Of a stretch of 64,000 nucleotides of DNA, positions 9,000 through 18,304 are shown one piece after another. This DNA comes from a virus (lineage: Duplodnaviria > Caudoviricetes). Location: positions 32,001-96,000 of IMG/VR virus record IMGVR_UViG_3300032321_001270, one strand, 5' to 3'. The translations under genes and the position numbers were made by a program. Under the pieces are notes generated by a model. It was not told the DNA's origin. It searched no databases and worked only from the letters and a program-made list of their open reading frames with translations. The number at the start of each line of letters is the position of its first letter. The stretch's first letter is position 1.

Positions 9000-9823
9000 G
9001 TAAATTGAAATTTTGAAAGTTGTCGATACGGGGCTACGCCGGCGGGCGGATTACCGTCGGGCGGCGGTGAAAACGGATCCGGCCACGGTTGAAATATCGG
9101 GCGACATTTTATCGTTTGCGAGGGCGGACCAAACAAGTACGGATGTTTGGCTGTCGTATCTGGGTTTGTCACGGCAAAGCAGAAATAAAACGACAGCGAC
9201 AACGCCGTGCGTTTTTTGTTGCCCATGCGCGGACACACGATAGGAAATTTTCGCCGTTTGCCGTTGCCGGAGCCGCTGTCTGCCCACGGAATGCAATTAA
9301 TCGGAAAATCTTCTTTGGTGGGAATGCGCGCTTCTTCCAACAGCCAATAAAACTCAAAAACGTTAAATGCGTTCAGCAAACATATTTCGTACGGCCTAGG
9401 TTTGCGCGTGAGTCGTTCATCATGCACTTCAAACCGAAACTCAGTGTGGTACGTTTTTAAAACGCTAACAGGCCCGCCGGGTCCCGCGCCTCTGGGCCCA
9501 GCGCCACCCCAAAACGGCGTGCCGTTTGTGCCGTCATAATACCGTGTATAGTGCGGCGGATGTACAAACCGCCGCCGCTTTTGACGCTTACCGCCGCTCT
9601 TGCCGCGTTCGGCACGTTCGGCGAATAGCCAGACTCTGCTTGTCGCCAGCCACTCCTGCGTGCTGGTCTGTTCGTACGAGATGCCGATTTCCGGTACGTC
9701 GGGATGGTCGCGGCGCAATAGCGTCACTTTCGGGGCCGGGATGATCAACGGCAAGCCCGCGAGGTCGTGCGCCGACACGCTGGCGTTCTTGATGTTTCGA
9801 CCGCCAAAATTGATTTCATTCAT
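8993..9823 (-). CDS. Hypothetical protein
   Basis: 276-aa ORF fitting the operon spacing. Confidence 0.6.
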   Translation of the reverse strand: MNEINFGGRNIKNASVSAHDLAGLPLIIPAPKVTLLRRDHPDVPEIGISYEQTSTQEWLATSRVWLFAERAERGKSGGKRQKRRRFVHPPHYTRYYDGTNGTPFWGGAGPRGAGPGGPVSVLKTYHTEFRFEVHDERLTRKPRPYEICLLNAFNVFEFYWLLEEARIPTKEDFPINCIPWADSGSGNGKRRKFPIVCPRMGNKKRTALSLSFYFCFAVTNPDTTAKHPYLFGPPSQTIKCRPIFQPWPDPFSPPPDGNPPAGVAPYRQLSKFQFTF

Positions 9824-9847
9824 AACACAAACTTTCGGCTATTGTTA

Positions 9848-10615
9848 TTATGCGTTTCCGGCATTTTTCTGCAGCTGCGCTAACACAGCCGCCGCGCTCT
9901 TTTTAACGTCTTCGTCGCCCGAGTCTTCAGACTTTTCTTCTTTTTCGGCCGACTCTTCCTTGGGCTCATCATCTTTCTTTTTCTTGCCAATGCTCGCGCC
10001 GATGTTGCCACCCAGATGCGCGCCGGCCCCGAGGCCCAGTGCGCCGCCCGAGAGCAGGCCAATTCCGGCGCCCGGTCCGCCACCCAAAGCGCCGCCTGTG
10101 AGCGCGCCCATCAGGCCGCCGCCCACACCGCCGGCCAAGCCACCAACACCAGCGCCCAAGCCACCGCCGAGGGAAGAAAGCAGCGAGGCCGTCTTGGGTT
10201 GTTCCCACGACGGTTTGCCTAAAATCGCGCTGGTGCCGGCATAGCCAGCACCGCCCCCGACTGCAGCACCAGCCGGAGCGCCCATGCCGACGGCGGCCAC
10301 CAGCTTGCCAAGGTTCTCGCGGTTGCGCTGATTCATATCAAAACGACGTGGAATTTTAATCCCGCCGCGCGGAACCGGCAGCCGCTTGCCTTTCATCAAC
10401 ATCATCGCCGCCAGAATACCAGCCGGAATACCCGCCACAGCGCCTAAGCTCGTGCCCGTAGCTTTCGCCGCACCACGGCCAGCGCCTTCCATGCGGTGGC
10501 CTTCCGGCGACGTGACTGCGCCCAACCCGGCGCCGATCAGGCCCGGGCCTAAAAACGCCTGCTTGCCCATGGTCTTGCCAATCTGCATGCCAAACTGTTG
10601 CGGAGTTGCGGCCAT
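9848..10615 (-). CDS. Glycine-zipper membrane protein with KxA motifs
   Basis: MAATPQQFG...GKQAFLGP; long GxxxG repeats; the ORF could extend to 10759. Confidence 0.7.
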   Translation of the reverse strand: MAATPQQFGMQIGKTMGKQAFLGPGLIGAGLGAVTSPEGHRMEGAGRGAAKATGTSLGAVAGIPAGILAAMMLMKGKRLPVPRGGIKIPRRFDMNQRNRENLGKLVAAVGMGAPAGAAVGGGAGYAGTSAILGKPSWEQPKTASLLSSLGGGLGAGVGGLAGGVGGGLMGALTGGALGGGPGAGIGLLSGGALGLGAGAHLGGNIGASIGKKKKDDEPKEESAEKEEKSEDSGDEDVKKSAAAVLAQLQKNAGNA

Positions 10616-10718
10616 TCTGTCACCTGTGGCTTGAATAGAGTTTTGAATTTTTTTACTGGCTACGTGTTGAACGATCTTCTCGAACAGCTTGCGCCGCGAC
10701 AGCATCAGCGCCGTGAGT

Positions 10719-12881
10719 TTAGCGGTCGGGAGCGGCGGCATCAGCAGGCTCGTCGTCAAGAATACTGGGCGATTTCTTGGGCGTCGCTGTTGGGTATTTT
10801 AACAGCTTGCGGCGTTTCTTTGGAAGCGGCCGATTTGCGGCATCTGTTATTAACTTAAGCGACTTGAAAACCGCGCTTTCTTTCTCTTGGGTTTCAGGCT
10901 CGGGCTGCTGGCGTTTGAGATACTTCTGTAACTCCTGCTCCTGATATGCCTGCAGCATCGTTTTGATATCATCTTTTTTGGCTGGCGATACTAACTTGGC
11001 CGGATCAATGGCCCAGTGCTGCAGCGCCCAACCCCGGCGTGGCGACGGGCTCTTCATAAACGGCCCGCCATGGCGTGCTTTGAAGCTCGCCCAGCGCTTA
11101 ATCTGCCGGGTGTCTTCGTCTGGAATCCTGCGGCCGGAGTTATAGTTCTGATACCACTCCAGCCAGCCCTTGGGATCATGCTCGGTGACCCACTCTGGCT
11201 TCCACTCGCCCAAGCTGGCTAAGCGCGGGCCCTCTTGTTCATAGAGTGACTTGTACACACCCATGCGATGCAATTGGCCGGGTGTAAAATCTGGTTGAAA
11301 GTCCGGCAGCTCGGCGCTGGTCTTTACGCCGTGCTCGTCTTGGTAGCGCGTGCCTTCGTCGCGCAAGATCCGGCGAAACTCCTCGTTGAACTGTTCTTTC
11401 TCGTCGGCCAAGTGCGCCAGTACTTCGTCGCCGGTGCGCTCGCGCTTGTAGCCCAAGAATTTCCCAAGCATGCTGGGATCTTCCGAGGCGCTAAGATATC
11501 TTTGCACGAGCACGTTCTTGAGTTCTTCGGGCAAACCGACGTGCGAGTCAAAGCGCAGACCACGACCACGAGCTTGCTGGCTGCGCGATTCATGCCAGTG
11601 CGGGTCTAAGAGCTGAATAAGACTGGTGCCCTTCGTGGACAAGCCTTCAGCGCCAGCCGGGCCAATGAGCAACGCGCGTAACTTCCCGGCGTTGTATGCG
11701 TCGACCGCTTGCTGGCGAGCTTTGGGAGAAACACCGCCATGAAAGAACCCATAGGGAATCTTGGCTTTCTCTAGGCCGGCTGCGTACGGCGACAAGCCAG
11801 AGTCCACGAAGTTGGAATAGATAATCGCCTTCTTGCGTTTGTCACTCTTGAGCGTGTCCTGCAGGTTTTTGAACGCCGTCTGTAATTTTGCGCTTTGCTG
11901 GAACGCCTTGGCCGGATCTTTGTCGGCGCGAAACGGCTGCGTGGACAGACTTACTTGGCGCAGCCCCGACATGAAGCTGTTTAACTTGGCGAGTTCTTCC
12001 TTGGACAGCGGAAACTCTTGGTCCAGTTTCCATAAGAACCCCGGCGGAATCTTCGTGCGAATCGCTTTCTGGATCTTCTGCTGTTCGCTGCTCAGGGGCA
12101 CGCGCACGACTTGCTCGTTGACGTTCACGCCATCAGGAGTCTTGCTGGGCTGATAATCCACTTTGCCGCGTAACAAGCTGCGCAGTTCAGCTTCGTTCTT
12201 CACCACTGGTTTAACGCCGGGCTTCGCACCCCGCAGCCAACCAAACAGCCCCGGCCGCACGGTCTTCTGACCGACGTAGCGCTTCTCGAATTCTTCCGGT
12301 GTGATCTCTTTGTTATTGAGCATGGACAACAAGTTCGCCAAGTCACTGGGCGAATTGGTGACCGGCGAACCCGTTAATAACAAGAGGCGCTTGGCGTTGG
12401 CGGCGGCTTCGGCAGCACTGTATGAACTGGCGCTGTTGGGATTACGAAGCCTGTGCGCCTCGTCCATGATCAGTGTGTCGGGCTGCTGTTGAAACTTCTT
12501 GCCCAAGGCCAGCCCCGTGTAACTCATGATCTCGGGATTGGAGTTGCGCGTAAACTTGCCGATTTCTTTCTCGAAATTACCCCGCAAGCTAGCTGGAACC
12601 ACGATACCGTAGTCTTCGCCGGTCTCTTCCTTGGCTTTCTCGGCCGCGGCAATGCTAGAGAGCGACTTCCCTGACCCCAAACCGTGATAGACGAGCATGC
12701 GGGGATCGCCACTAGTCAGCCGGTCGGCAATGCGCTGCTGATGTTCCTGCAGCTGGATATTTGGGTCCAGCTCGGCCTGTTTGTCGGCCAAAATGCTCGG
12801 ACTGGCTGACTTATCGGCCCATGTTCGCACGGCGGCCACAAGATCGACCGGTAGCTGCGCCGTTTTGTTATTTGTATCCAT
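10719..12881 (-). CDS. SF2 (SNF2/D6-D11-like) helicase fused to a C-terminal DPxGW...RQIKRW domain
   Basis: YHGLGSGKS, DEAH, TGSP, GAEGLS and QQARGRGLRFDSH motifs. Confidence 0.85.
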   Translation of the reverse strand: MDTNNKTAQLPVDLVAAVRTWADKSASPSILADKQAELDPNIQLQEHQQRIADRLTSGDPRMLVYHGLGSGKSLSSIAAAEKAKEETGEDYGIVVPASLRGNFEKEIGKFTRNSNPEIMSYTGLALGKKFQQQPDTLIMDEAHRLRNPNSASSYSAAEAAANAKRLLLLTGSPVTNSPSDLANLLSMLNNKEITPEEFEKRYVGQKTVRPGLFGWLRGAKPGVKPVVKNEAELRSLLRGKVDYQPSKTPDGVNVNEQVVRVPLSSEQQKIQKAIRTKIPPGFLWKLDQEFPLSKEELAKLNSFMSGLRQVSLSTQPFRADKDPAKAFQQSAKLQTAFKNLQDTLKSDKRKKAIIYSNFVDSGLSPYAAGLEKAKIPYGFFHGGVSPKARQQAVDAYNAGKLRALLIGPAGAEGLSTKGTSLIQLLDPHWHESRSQQARGRGLRFDSHVGLPEELKNVLVQRYLSASEDPSMLGKFLGYKRERTGDEVLAHLADEKEQFNEEFRRILRDEGTRYQDEHGVKTSAELPDFQPDFTPGQLHRMGVYKSLYEQEGPRLASLGEWKPEWVTEHDPKGWLEWYQNYNSGRRIPDEDTRQIKRWASFKARHGGPFMKSPSPRRGWALQHWAIDPAKLVSPAKKDDIKTMLQAYQEQELQKYLKRQQPEPETQEKESAVFKSLKLITDAANRPLPKKRRKLLKYPTATPKKSPSILDDEPADAAAPDR

Positions 12882-13752
12882 CCGGCGTCCCTGTCGGTTC
12901 GGCGCGTTGGCTGGCGATAGGATCAGAGCCCGTCGTGGCTTGTGCGGCCAGTGCCAGCTCGTATTGCTTGATCTGCGATTCTACCCAATTCACATACAAA
13001 CTAATACGGGTGAACCCAGACTCGTCGCCGTATGTGCCGTCAGGTTTTTTGTCTTTGGCCATGAGAAACGAGTTAATTCCCGCTAACTTATTGCCAATAA
13101 ACATGCCGCCGCCAGAGTCGCCGGGGGCAATCATAAACTCTAGTGGAAATCGCCCAACGCCGCTGGTGGGAGAGCACACCAGCACGCCGCGCTCTTGGCC
13201 GTCGATCTTATTGTGCCCGGCGCGGCGATGGCCGTCAGACGATGTGCAGCCCGTGTGAAACGTGCCGTGCAGGCCGTAGCCGGAGAACGTAATTGCTTTG
13301 CCCAGCTCGTCGGAATCTCGGTACAGCTCGGGGTAAAACTCGGCCTTGAAGTCTTCCGGCGAATAACCCAGCGCCAGATCATAAAAGCCAAAGTTATCGT
13401 CTTGAAAGTCTTTGTGCGCGATCACGGTCTGGAGCGGAAACGGCTTGTCTCGGCCTTCGCGCAAGATGGCGGGCTCGGTGGTGTCTTTGACCACGTGGGC
13501 TGCGGTCAAAATCCAGTGCGGGCGAATGATCACCGCTGAGCCGTACTGGGGATGTTCTTTTAATTTGCATTCAGGCTTGTCGCACGTGGTATTGGCCCGG
13601 ATGCGCACCACGTTGGGAAACTGCTTGCCAAACTCGACGTATTTTTCATCTGGGGTGTTTGGATCGATCGTTCCCGCGGTCGCAAAGCGCGTGGATACAA
13701 TCACAACGATCACAAAGCGAAGCAGGCGGGCTAGAAATTCTTGCACATCCAT
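12868..13752 (-). CDS. Trypsin-like (S1) serine protease with signal peptide
   Basis: LTAAHV, DLAL, GDSGG catalytic triad; hydrophobic N-terminus. Confidence 0.9.
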   Translation of the reverse strand: MDVQEFLARLLRFVIVVIVSTRFATAGTIDPNTPDEKYVEFGKQFPNVVRIRANTTCDKPECKLKEHPQYGSAVIIRPHWILTAAHVVKDTTEPAILREGRDKPFPLQTVIAHKDFQDDNFGFYDLALGYSPEDFKAEFYPELYRDSDELGKAITFSGYGLHGTFHTGCTSSDGHRRAGHNKIDGQERGVLVCSPTSGVGRFPLEFMIAPGDSGGGMFIGNKLAGINSFLMAKDKKPDGTYGDESGFTRISLYVNWVESQIKQYELALAAQATTGSDPIASQRAEPTGTPDGYK

Positions 13753-13786
13753 GGCAAGCCCCAGTCTATAAATAGTTAGTGTGGTT

Positions 13787-15757
13787 TCATACTCGTTGTG
13801 GTTGGAGGAGTTTCATCGACTTGGCAAACATGGTGGGATCTAACTGTGGCTTGGGTGGAGCTTTGGGAGCGCCCCGGAGGAAAGATTGCCCTAAGCCGGT
13901 GAGGCCGTACCCGGCGGCGCCCATCAGACCGATTGCACCCAAACCAGCTCCAGTGCGCCGAAATGCGCCCTTTGCCAGATCTTTGAGCATCTGCCCTTTG
14001 TGCGTGACAAGTACAGGTTCGAAAATGTCGCTGAGTGCGGCGCGATTGGGCAGCACGGCTTGTACGGGGCCGCCGGGTTTCGCTGCGCCGGCTGCTTCAT
14101 AAACAGCCGGGATGAACGAACCGCAATGATGTCCGGTGCACGCGCCCCCACGCCCAAACAAACCGCGGAGTCGGTTCAGGCCCGTGATTTCGCCGAGCGC
14201 TGTGCCGCCTGCGCCTGTTGCGTTGTAAGGCTTCCATGCTTCTTGCTTGAACGCCTGCAACAAGTTATCAGAATCAATGTTGCCTTTGGGGCGCATCCAA
14301 AGCGTGCCCTTGTGGCCCAGCTCTTTGTTACCCGCACGATAATAACCAAGCGGATTCTGGCTCGACCCTTCAGCCACCGTGTGCTTGTAGACGTTATCAG
14401 CACTGGGATTGAACAATGTTTGCGGGCGTTTGGAAGCTTGCGCGGCGTCACGGGCTGGTTGGTGTTTTGTAAAATTTGAGAAGTCTGCCAACCACTCCCG
14501 CATGGTTTTATAGGCTGAACTTGGGCCTTCTTGCCAGAGTTTTTCACCAGTATCCGCCGCCGCAAACGCTGCATAATCCGTTGGCGACATGCCCTGCACA
14601 GCGTTTGCGTGCATGCCACCGTGGAGCAAGCTGGGCACAAAAGTCTCAAACTGCTTGGGTTTGAACAGCGCGGACCGAGGCAACGCAGACGCATCACCGC
14701 CCGCTGCTTGTAACAAAGCTTCGATGGTCTTTTGTTGCGTGGGAGTCTTTACGCCGCGAGCTTCTAAGTTTTTGGCCAACCGATCCCACATCGTCGGTTG
14801 ATCAAGCCGTAGCTCGTCGGCGATAGCCTTGAGCTTGGGATTCTTCGCACCCATTTCGTCAAAACGGCGGGCAAGCATTTCGTGACGCGACGCACTGTCT
14901 GTCATGTGCTGCAGCTGCCGCTCGAAGTCTTTTGCCGCTGTGTGCGGACCCTCGAAGAACGGCGCTGTTTGCCAGACAGCCTTGGGATTTCCAGTGCGTG
15001 TCGTGCCTACATGGCCTGTCTGTGTATTTCCCGAGTTCTTTTTGATATCTGCAAGTAACGTCTTAAAGTCTGACACTGAACGCGTCTTGGACTTTAACAA
15101 ATCATCAAGTTCATTGGCGCTTGGTCGGGGTGTCGCAGGACGCACCGCAGCCGCATCACCAGACCGTACTGCTTTGTCGTACGTGTCCCATGCTTTCTGG
15201 CGCGCTTGAGCCTTGGCCAACTGGGCTGTTCGAGAGCGCAGACGTTCTTTAGCGTAGCCGTATTGTTCAGTCCCGCGACCGGCGTCTAGCGCGTCGGCAT
15301 CAAGGCGCTTGGCAAACCGCTCGGGGTTCGTGGCCATCTCGGGCGAATATAACTCGCCGCGCTCGTTCATTAAGTATGCCAGCGCCGGGCCTAATTCTCC
15401 CGGTTCGGCTCCGGTGATTTTCCAATGCGGGCGCACATAATGGCCGGCGATCTGGCCGTGCGCGCCCACACCACCAGAGGCGCCATGCGAACCATGGACC
15501 AGCGCATTGGTAAACGTACTGCCGCCGCCCTGCAACCCAGAAACACCAAAGTCACCCGGATTGATCGTGGTCAGTACTTTGCGCAGATCCACGTTGCCGT
15601 TGGGTAGCGTGGCGTCTGGGGCCGCTTCCAGCATCTTGCGATACTGTGGGTATTCCCGCAGCAGATATTCCAGCAGCCCGACCGTCGGCAGACTGGCCCC
15701 GGCAACTGCGCCTACCGGGCGATAGTCAAACGGGGCATTCTGGTCGTTTGCGGGCAT
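13787..15757 (-). CDS. Large hypothetical protein, possibly a permuted papain-like (NlpC/P60, YiiX-type) fold with a long insertion
   Basis: N-terminal NPGDF...AHGQIAG and C-terminal HCGSFIPAVYEAAG...VLPN; Gly-rich hydrophobic tail. Confidence 0.45.
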   Translation of the reverse strand: MPANDQNAPFDYRPVGAVAGASLPTVGLLEYLLREYPQYRKMLEAAPDATLPNGNVDLRKVLTTINPGDFGVSGLQGGGSTFTNALVHGSHGASGGVGAHGQIAGHYVRPHWKITGAEPGELGPALAYLMNERGELYSPEMATNPERFAKRLDADALDAGRGTEQYGYAKERLRSRTAQLAKAQARQKAWDTYDKAVRSGDAAAVRPATPRPSANELDDLLKSKTRSVSDFKTLLADIKKNSGNTQTGHVGTTRTGNPKAVWQTAPFFEGPHTAAKDFERQLQHMTDSASRHEMLARRFDEMGAKNPKLKAIADELRLDQPTMWDRLAKNLEARGVKTPTQQKTIEALLQAAGGDASALPRSALFKPKQFETFVPSLLHGGMHANAVQGMSPTDYAAFAAADTGEKLWQEGPSSAYKTMREWLADFSNFTKHQPARDAAQASKRPQTLFNPSADNVYKHTVAEGSSQNPLGYYRAGNKELGHKGTLWMRPKGNIDSDNLLQAFKQEAWKPYNATGAGGTALGEITGLNRLRGLFGRGGACTGHHCGSFIPAVYEAAGAAKPGGPVQAVLPNRAALSDIFEPVLVTHKGQMLKDLAKGAFRRTGAGLGAIGLMGAAGYGLTGLGQSFLRGAPKAPPKPQLDPTMFAKSMKLLQPQRV

Positions 15758-15873
15758 AACTGAGGCGCCGATTTTGATAGCAATAGCCCAAGTCTACTGA
15801 AGTTTATTCTAGTACAAAAGCAAAGCTGGGCTGAAAAGTTGTTATGGGGCCGAAAAAACAGTTACCAGAGCGC

Positions 15874-15940
15874 TGATAGCTAAAAAAACGCTTACGCGTG
15901 CGGAGCCGTCGCCTCCGCTGCCGATAGATTGTTACGCCCG
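15874..15940 (-). terminator. Repeated hairpin/terminator element, copy 1
   Basis: gcggag-loop-ctccgc hairpin, small hairpin and T-run; 23-bp core identical to 22913-22935. Confidence 0.6.
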
Positions 15941-16237
15941 TCATGCGGCCGCCTGCCAGTCTTTTAACTGCGTGGCGACCACACATTCCAGCTGGAAATA
16001 AACCAGCTTTTCCTCTTCGCTTGCCGCGGTCCGTTGACCGGACTGCGCAACAAAGAGAAAATCGTTCCACTTTTCAACCGACGAGCGCCGCGAAACCTTG
16101 TGGCCTTCAAACGGCGTCCAGTACGCATCCATCGCGTCCAGCACCACGTCGCGGACACGCTTGGCCGATTCCAGACTGCGTTCAACGTACGACTGCATGA
16201 TATTTCTCCATGAGCGAAAGAACACGGCTGGAGCCAC
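15941..16237 (-). CDS. Hypothetical protein (start probably MQSY, about 16198)
   Basis: Lies downstream of a conserved promoter and has an SD-like GGAG. Confidence 0.55.
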   Translation of the reverse strand: MAPAVFFRSWRNIMQSYVERSLESAKRVRDVVLDAMDAYWTPFEGHKVSRRSSVEKWNDFLFVAQSGQRTAASEEEKLVYFQLECVVATQLKDWQAAA

Positions 16238-16275
16238 AACACGTGGCTTACCAGCAAGCAGCTAACACTGCTCAT

Positions 16276-16308
16276 TAGATATGACCGTTTTTTGCCCGAT
16301 ATTTAGCT
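16276..16308 (-). promoter_or_regulatory. Conserved bipartite phage promoter
   Basis: AGCTAAATA-N17-ATATCTA. Confidence 0.7.
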
Positions 16309-16333
16309 CTGGGCTTTGATAGCTAAACAAAAG

Positions 16334-16375
16334 CCTGCAGCCCCGGGGCTTGGGCAGCACCCGGGGACTTGCAGG
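16334..16375 (-). terminator. Intrinsic terminator
   Basis: cctgca..ccccggg/cccgggg..tgcagg stem followed by CTTTTGTTT. Confidence 0.65.
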
Positions 16376-16397
16376 ACTTTGTTGCCGCACTAGGCGA

Positions 16398-17033
16398 CTA
16401 GGCAGCGGCGAGAGCTTGCTTACGGGCCTCACCGATCACCTCCGCGCGGACGCCGGCCTTGAAGAACGTGTAGCACGTCTCCGCCAGCACGCCGCCGGTA
16501 ATGGCGCTCGTCATGATCGCCACCATCTTGGCGGTCTCCGTCGCAGCGCCGGCCGCGATGGCCACACCGCCGATGGTGGTGCCGACGAGGATGCCGCCCG
16601 TGATGGCGACACCGATCGCAGCCGCGCCACACAGGACGTTCACCGCCGAGACGCTGATGTTCTGGGAGGACACCAGCTCGACGATGTAGCCGCGGGCCGC
16701 CATATAGGCGTCCTTGGCCTTGCCGGTCGCCCAGCTCGCCTGTGCGGACAGCCAGTTCAGCGCCGCCGTGAGGAACTCCTTCATGGAGTTGTACACGTGG
16801 CCCATGAACTCGTACACGACGCCGGCGATCTCGACGACGCTCGACAAGAGCGCCTCCAGCGTTTCCGTCGCGCCGACCACGAGAGCCGTGATCGGGCCCA
16901 TCTCCACCGGCTTGGGGCGACGACGGCCGGTGCCGCCGAGACGGACAACCTTGCCCGTCTTGTTCTTCGCCTTGACGCCGCCGTGACCGCCGACCGTCTT
17001 CTTCGTCTTCGTCTTCATCTGAGGTTCTCCCAA
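16398..17033 (-). CDS. Hydrophobic Gly/Ala-rich membrane protein with basic N-terminus
   Basis: GGGAG SD; two long hydrophobic segments; visibly GC-rich codons. Confidence 0.7.
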   Translation of the reverse strand: MGEPQMKTKTKKTVGGHGGVKAKNKTGKVVRLGGTGRRRPKPVEMGPITALVVGATETLEALLSSVVEIAGVVYEFMGHVYNSMKEFLTAALNWLSAQASWATGKAKDAYMAARGYIVELVSSQNISVSAVNVLCGAAAIGVAITGGILVGTTIGGVAIAAGAATETAKMVAIMTSAITGGVLAETCYTFFKAGVRAEVIGEARKQALAAA

Positions 17034-17100
17034 AACATGGTTAGTTACACAGAAGCTCGGGTAACTTAGTCCGAGGACGCCAATAACACATTGGCATCAT

Positions 17101-17133
17101 TAGATATACCCGCTTTTCGGCTTTTATTTAGCT
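17101..17133 (-). promoter_or_regulatory. Conserved bipartite phage promoter
   Basis: AGCTAAATA-N17-ATATCTA. Confidence 0.7.
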
Positions 17134-17134
17134 A

Positions 17135-18304
17135 TTAGCCGAGATCGCGGGTCTTGAGCACCAGCTTTTCCTGCGCGGGCCATAACAGCATCTGCTGCAT
17201 GGTATCCACGCTGGTGACATCCTTGAGCAGCTTGAGGGCTACCTGCGGATTCGCCTGTATTATCTCTGGAGCTGGCTTCGCTTCCTTGCACGCCAGAGAT
17301 AAGTCTTCATGCCGGGTGAACGTATCCCACTTCCAATCTTTACCGTTCTTGGGGTTGTGCTTTTTCAGCTCCCCATTCAGGTAATGATTAGTTTGCACAA
17401 GGCCGTGTTTCCTTGTGCGAATGTAGGTATGTTCCCCGGTATGTGCTACGACCGTATGTTCCTTGGGTTGCGTGCCAACGACGTGTGCAAAGAATGGCAC
17501 CATCGTTCGCTGCGCGCGTAACCCAAGAATTAACTTCTCGTAGCTTGGCATCTTGTCGCAGACGGCTCTGACCCGGTGCAATGCGGGCCATGCCTGTAGA
17601 AACTGCGGAACCGATGTCACGGCGTTTGTCGCGTTCGCAAACACCGAAGTTAACGTACCCCACCAGCTGTCGTCGTTTTCCTCGTCTTCTTCTTCGTCAA
17701 CGAGGGACTTCACGATTGGAGCTTGGTTCACGACCAGACCCCATTGGTCGCTCATCGCGCTGACCACGCCCACCATGCCCGCAACGCCCACCGAAGTGTA
17801 GCTTTTGCGGCCGCGATGAAACCTGATCAGGCGCGTGTGCTTCCCTGTGGAAGGCGGCGTGACCCAGTCCATGTTGCGCACAATCATGGGGCTGGAATCA
17901 ACATCGAAGCTGGCGGAACTGCACCCACAACCGTACATCTCTGAAAGAGACGTAAAGTCATAGATTAAGTTCCCCAGCAGGAGTTTCCCCACAGGAACTT
18001 CAGCGTGCTGCGCAATGCAACTGAGTTCCTGCGGGTATTCGAGTCCGGCGCGCTCCAAGAGCCACCGGGTGATCGAGCCTCCGCCGCTTGCCAGCATCTT
18101 CACGGCAGCACGTGTGCTTTCGGAAAGATGTGGCAAGATGTCCTCGTCGATGTAATCTTCTACATCTCCGAGGATGGACTGAATTGCATCTCCGTTTTTG
18201 ATAGCAAAATCAGTCCAGCGCTCGTCTGGTGGTTCCTCCAAGTCGATGTCATAGATCTTCCCTGTGTAGAGTTTCATATGACACGTACTTTCTGGTTGAA
18301 CCAT
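17135..18304 (-). CDS. Ntn hydrolase, acid ceramidase/NAAA/C45-like
   Basis: YDIDLEEPPDERW N-terminus; GCGCSS nucleophile region; RNMDW; VQTNH. Confidence 0.75.
   Translation of the reverse strand: MVQPESTCHMKLYTGKIYDIDLEEPPDERWTDFAIKNGDAIQSILGDVEDYIDEDILPHLSESTRAAVKMLASGGGSITRWLLERAGLEYPQELSCIAQHAEVPVGKLLLGNLIYDFTSLSEMYGCGCSSASFDVDSSPMIVRNMDWVTPPSTGKHTRLIRFHRGRKSYTSVGVAGMVGVVSAMSDQWGLVVNQAPIVKSLVDEEEDEENDDSWWGTLTSVFANATNAVTSVPQFLQAWPALHRVRAVCDKMPSYEKLILGLRAQRTMVPFFAHVVGTQPKEHTVVAHTGEHTYIRTRKHGLVQTNHYLNGELKKHNPKNGKDWKWDTFTRHEDLSLACKEAKPAPEIIQANPQVALKLLKDVTSVDTMQQMLLWPAQEKLVLKTRDLG

Noticed and set aside
13767-13774. TATAAATA T4-type late promoter
   Set aside because: It is on the plus strand with no plus-strand gene downstream, and it is a single occurrence.
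16350-17069. 239-aa plus-strand ORF
   Set aside because: Shadow of the GC-rich minus-strand gene, which has the SD, promoter and terminator.
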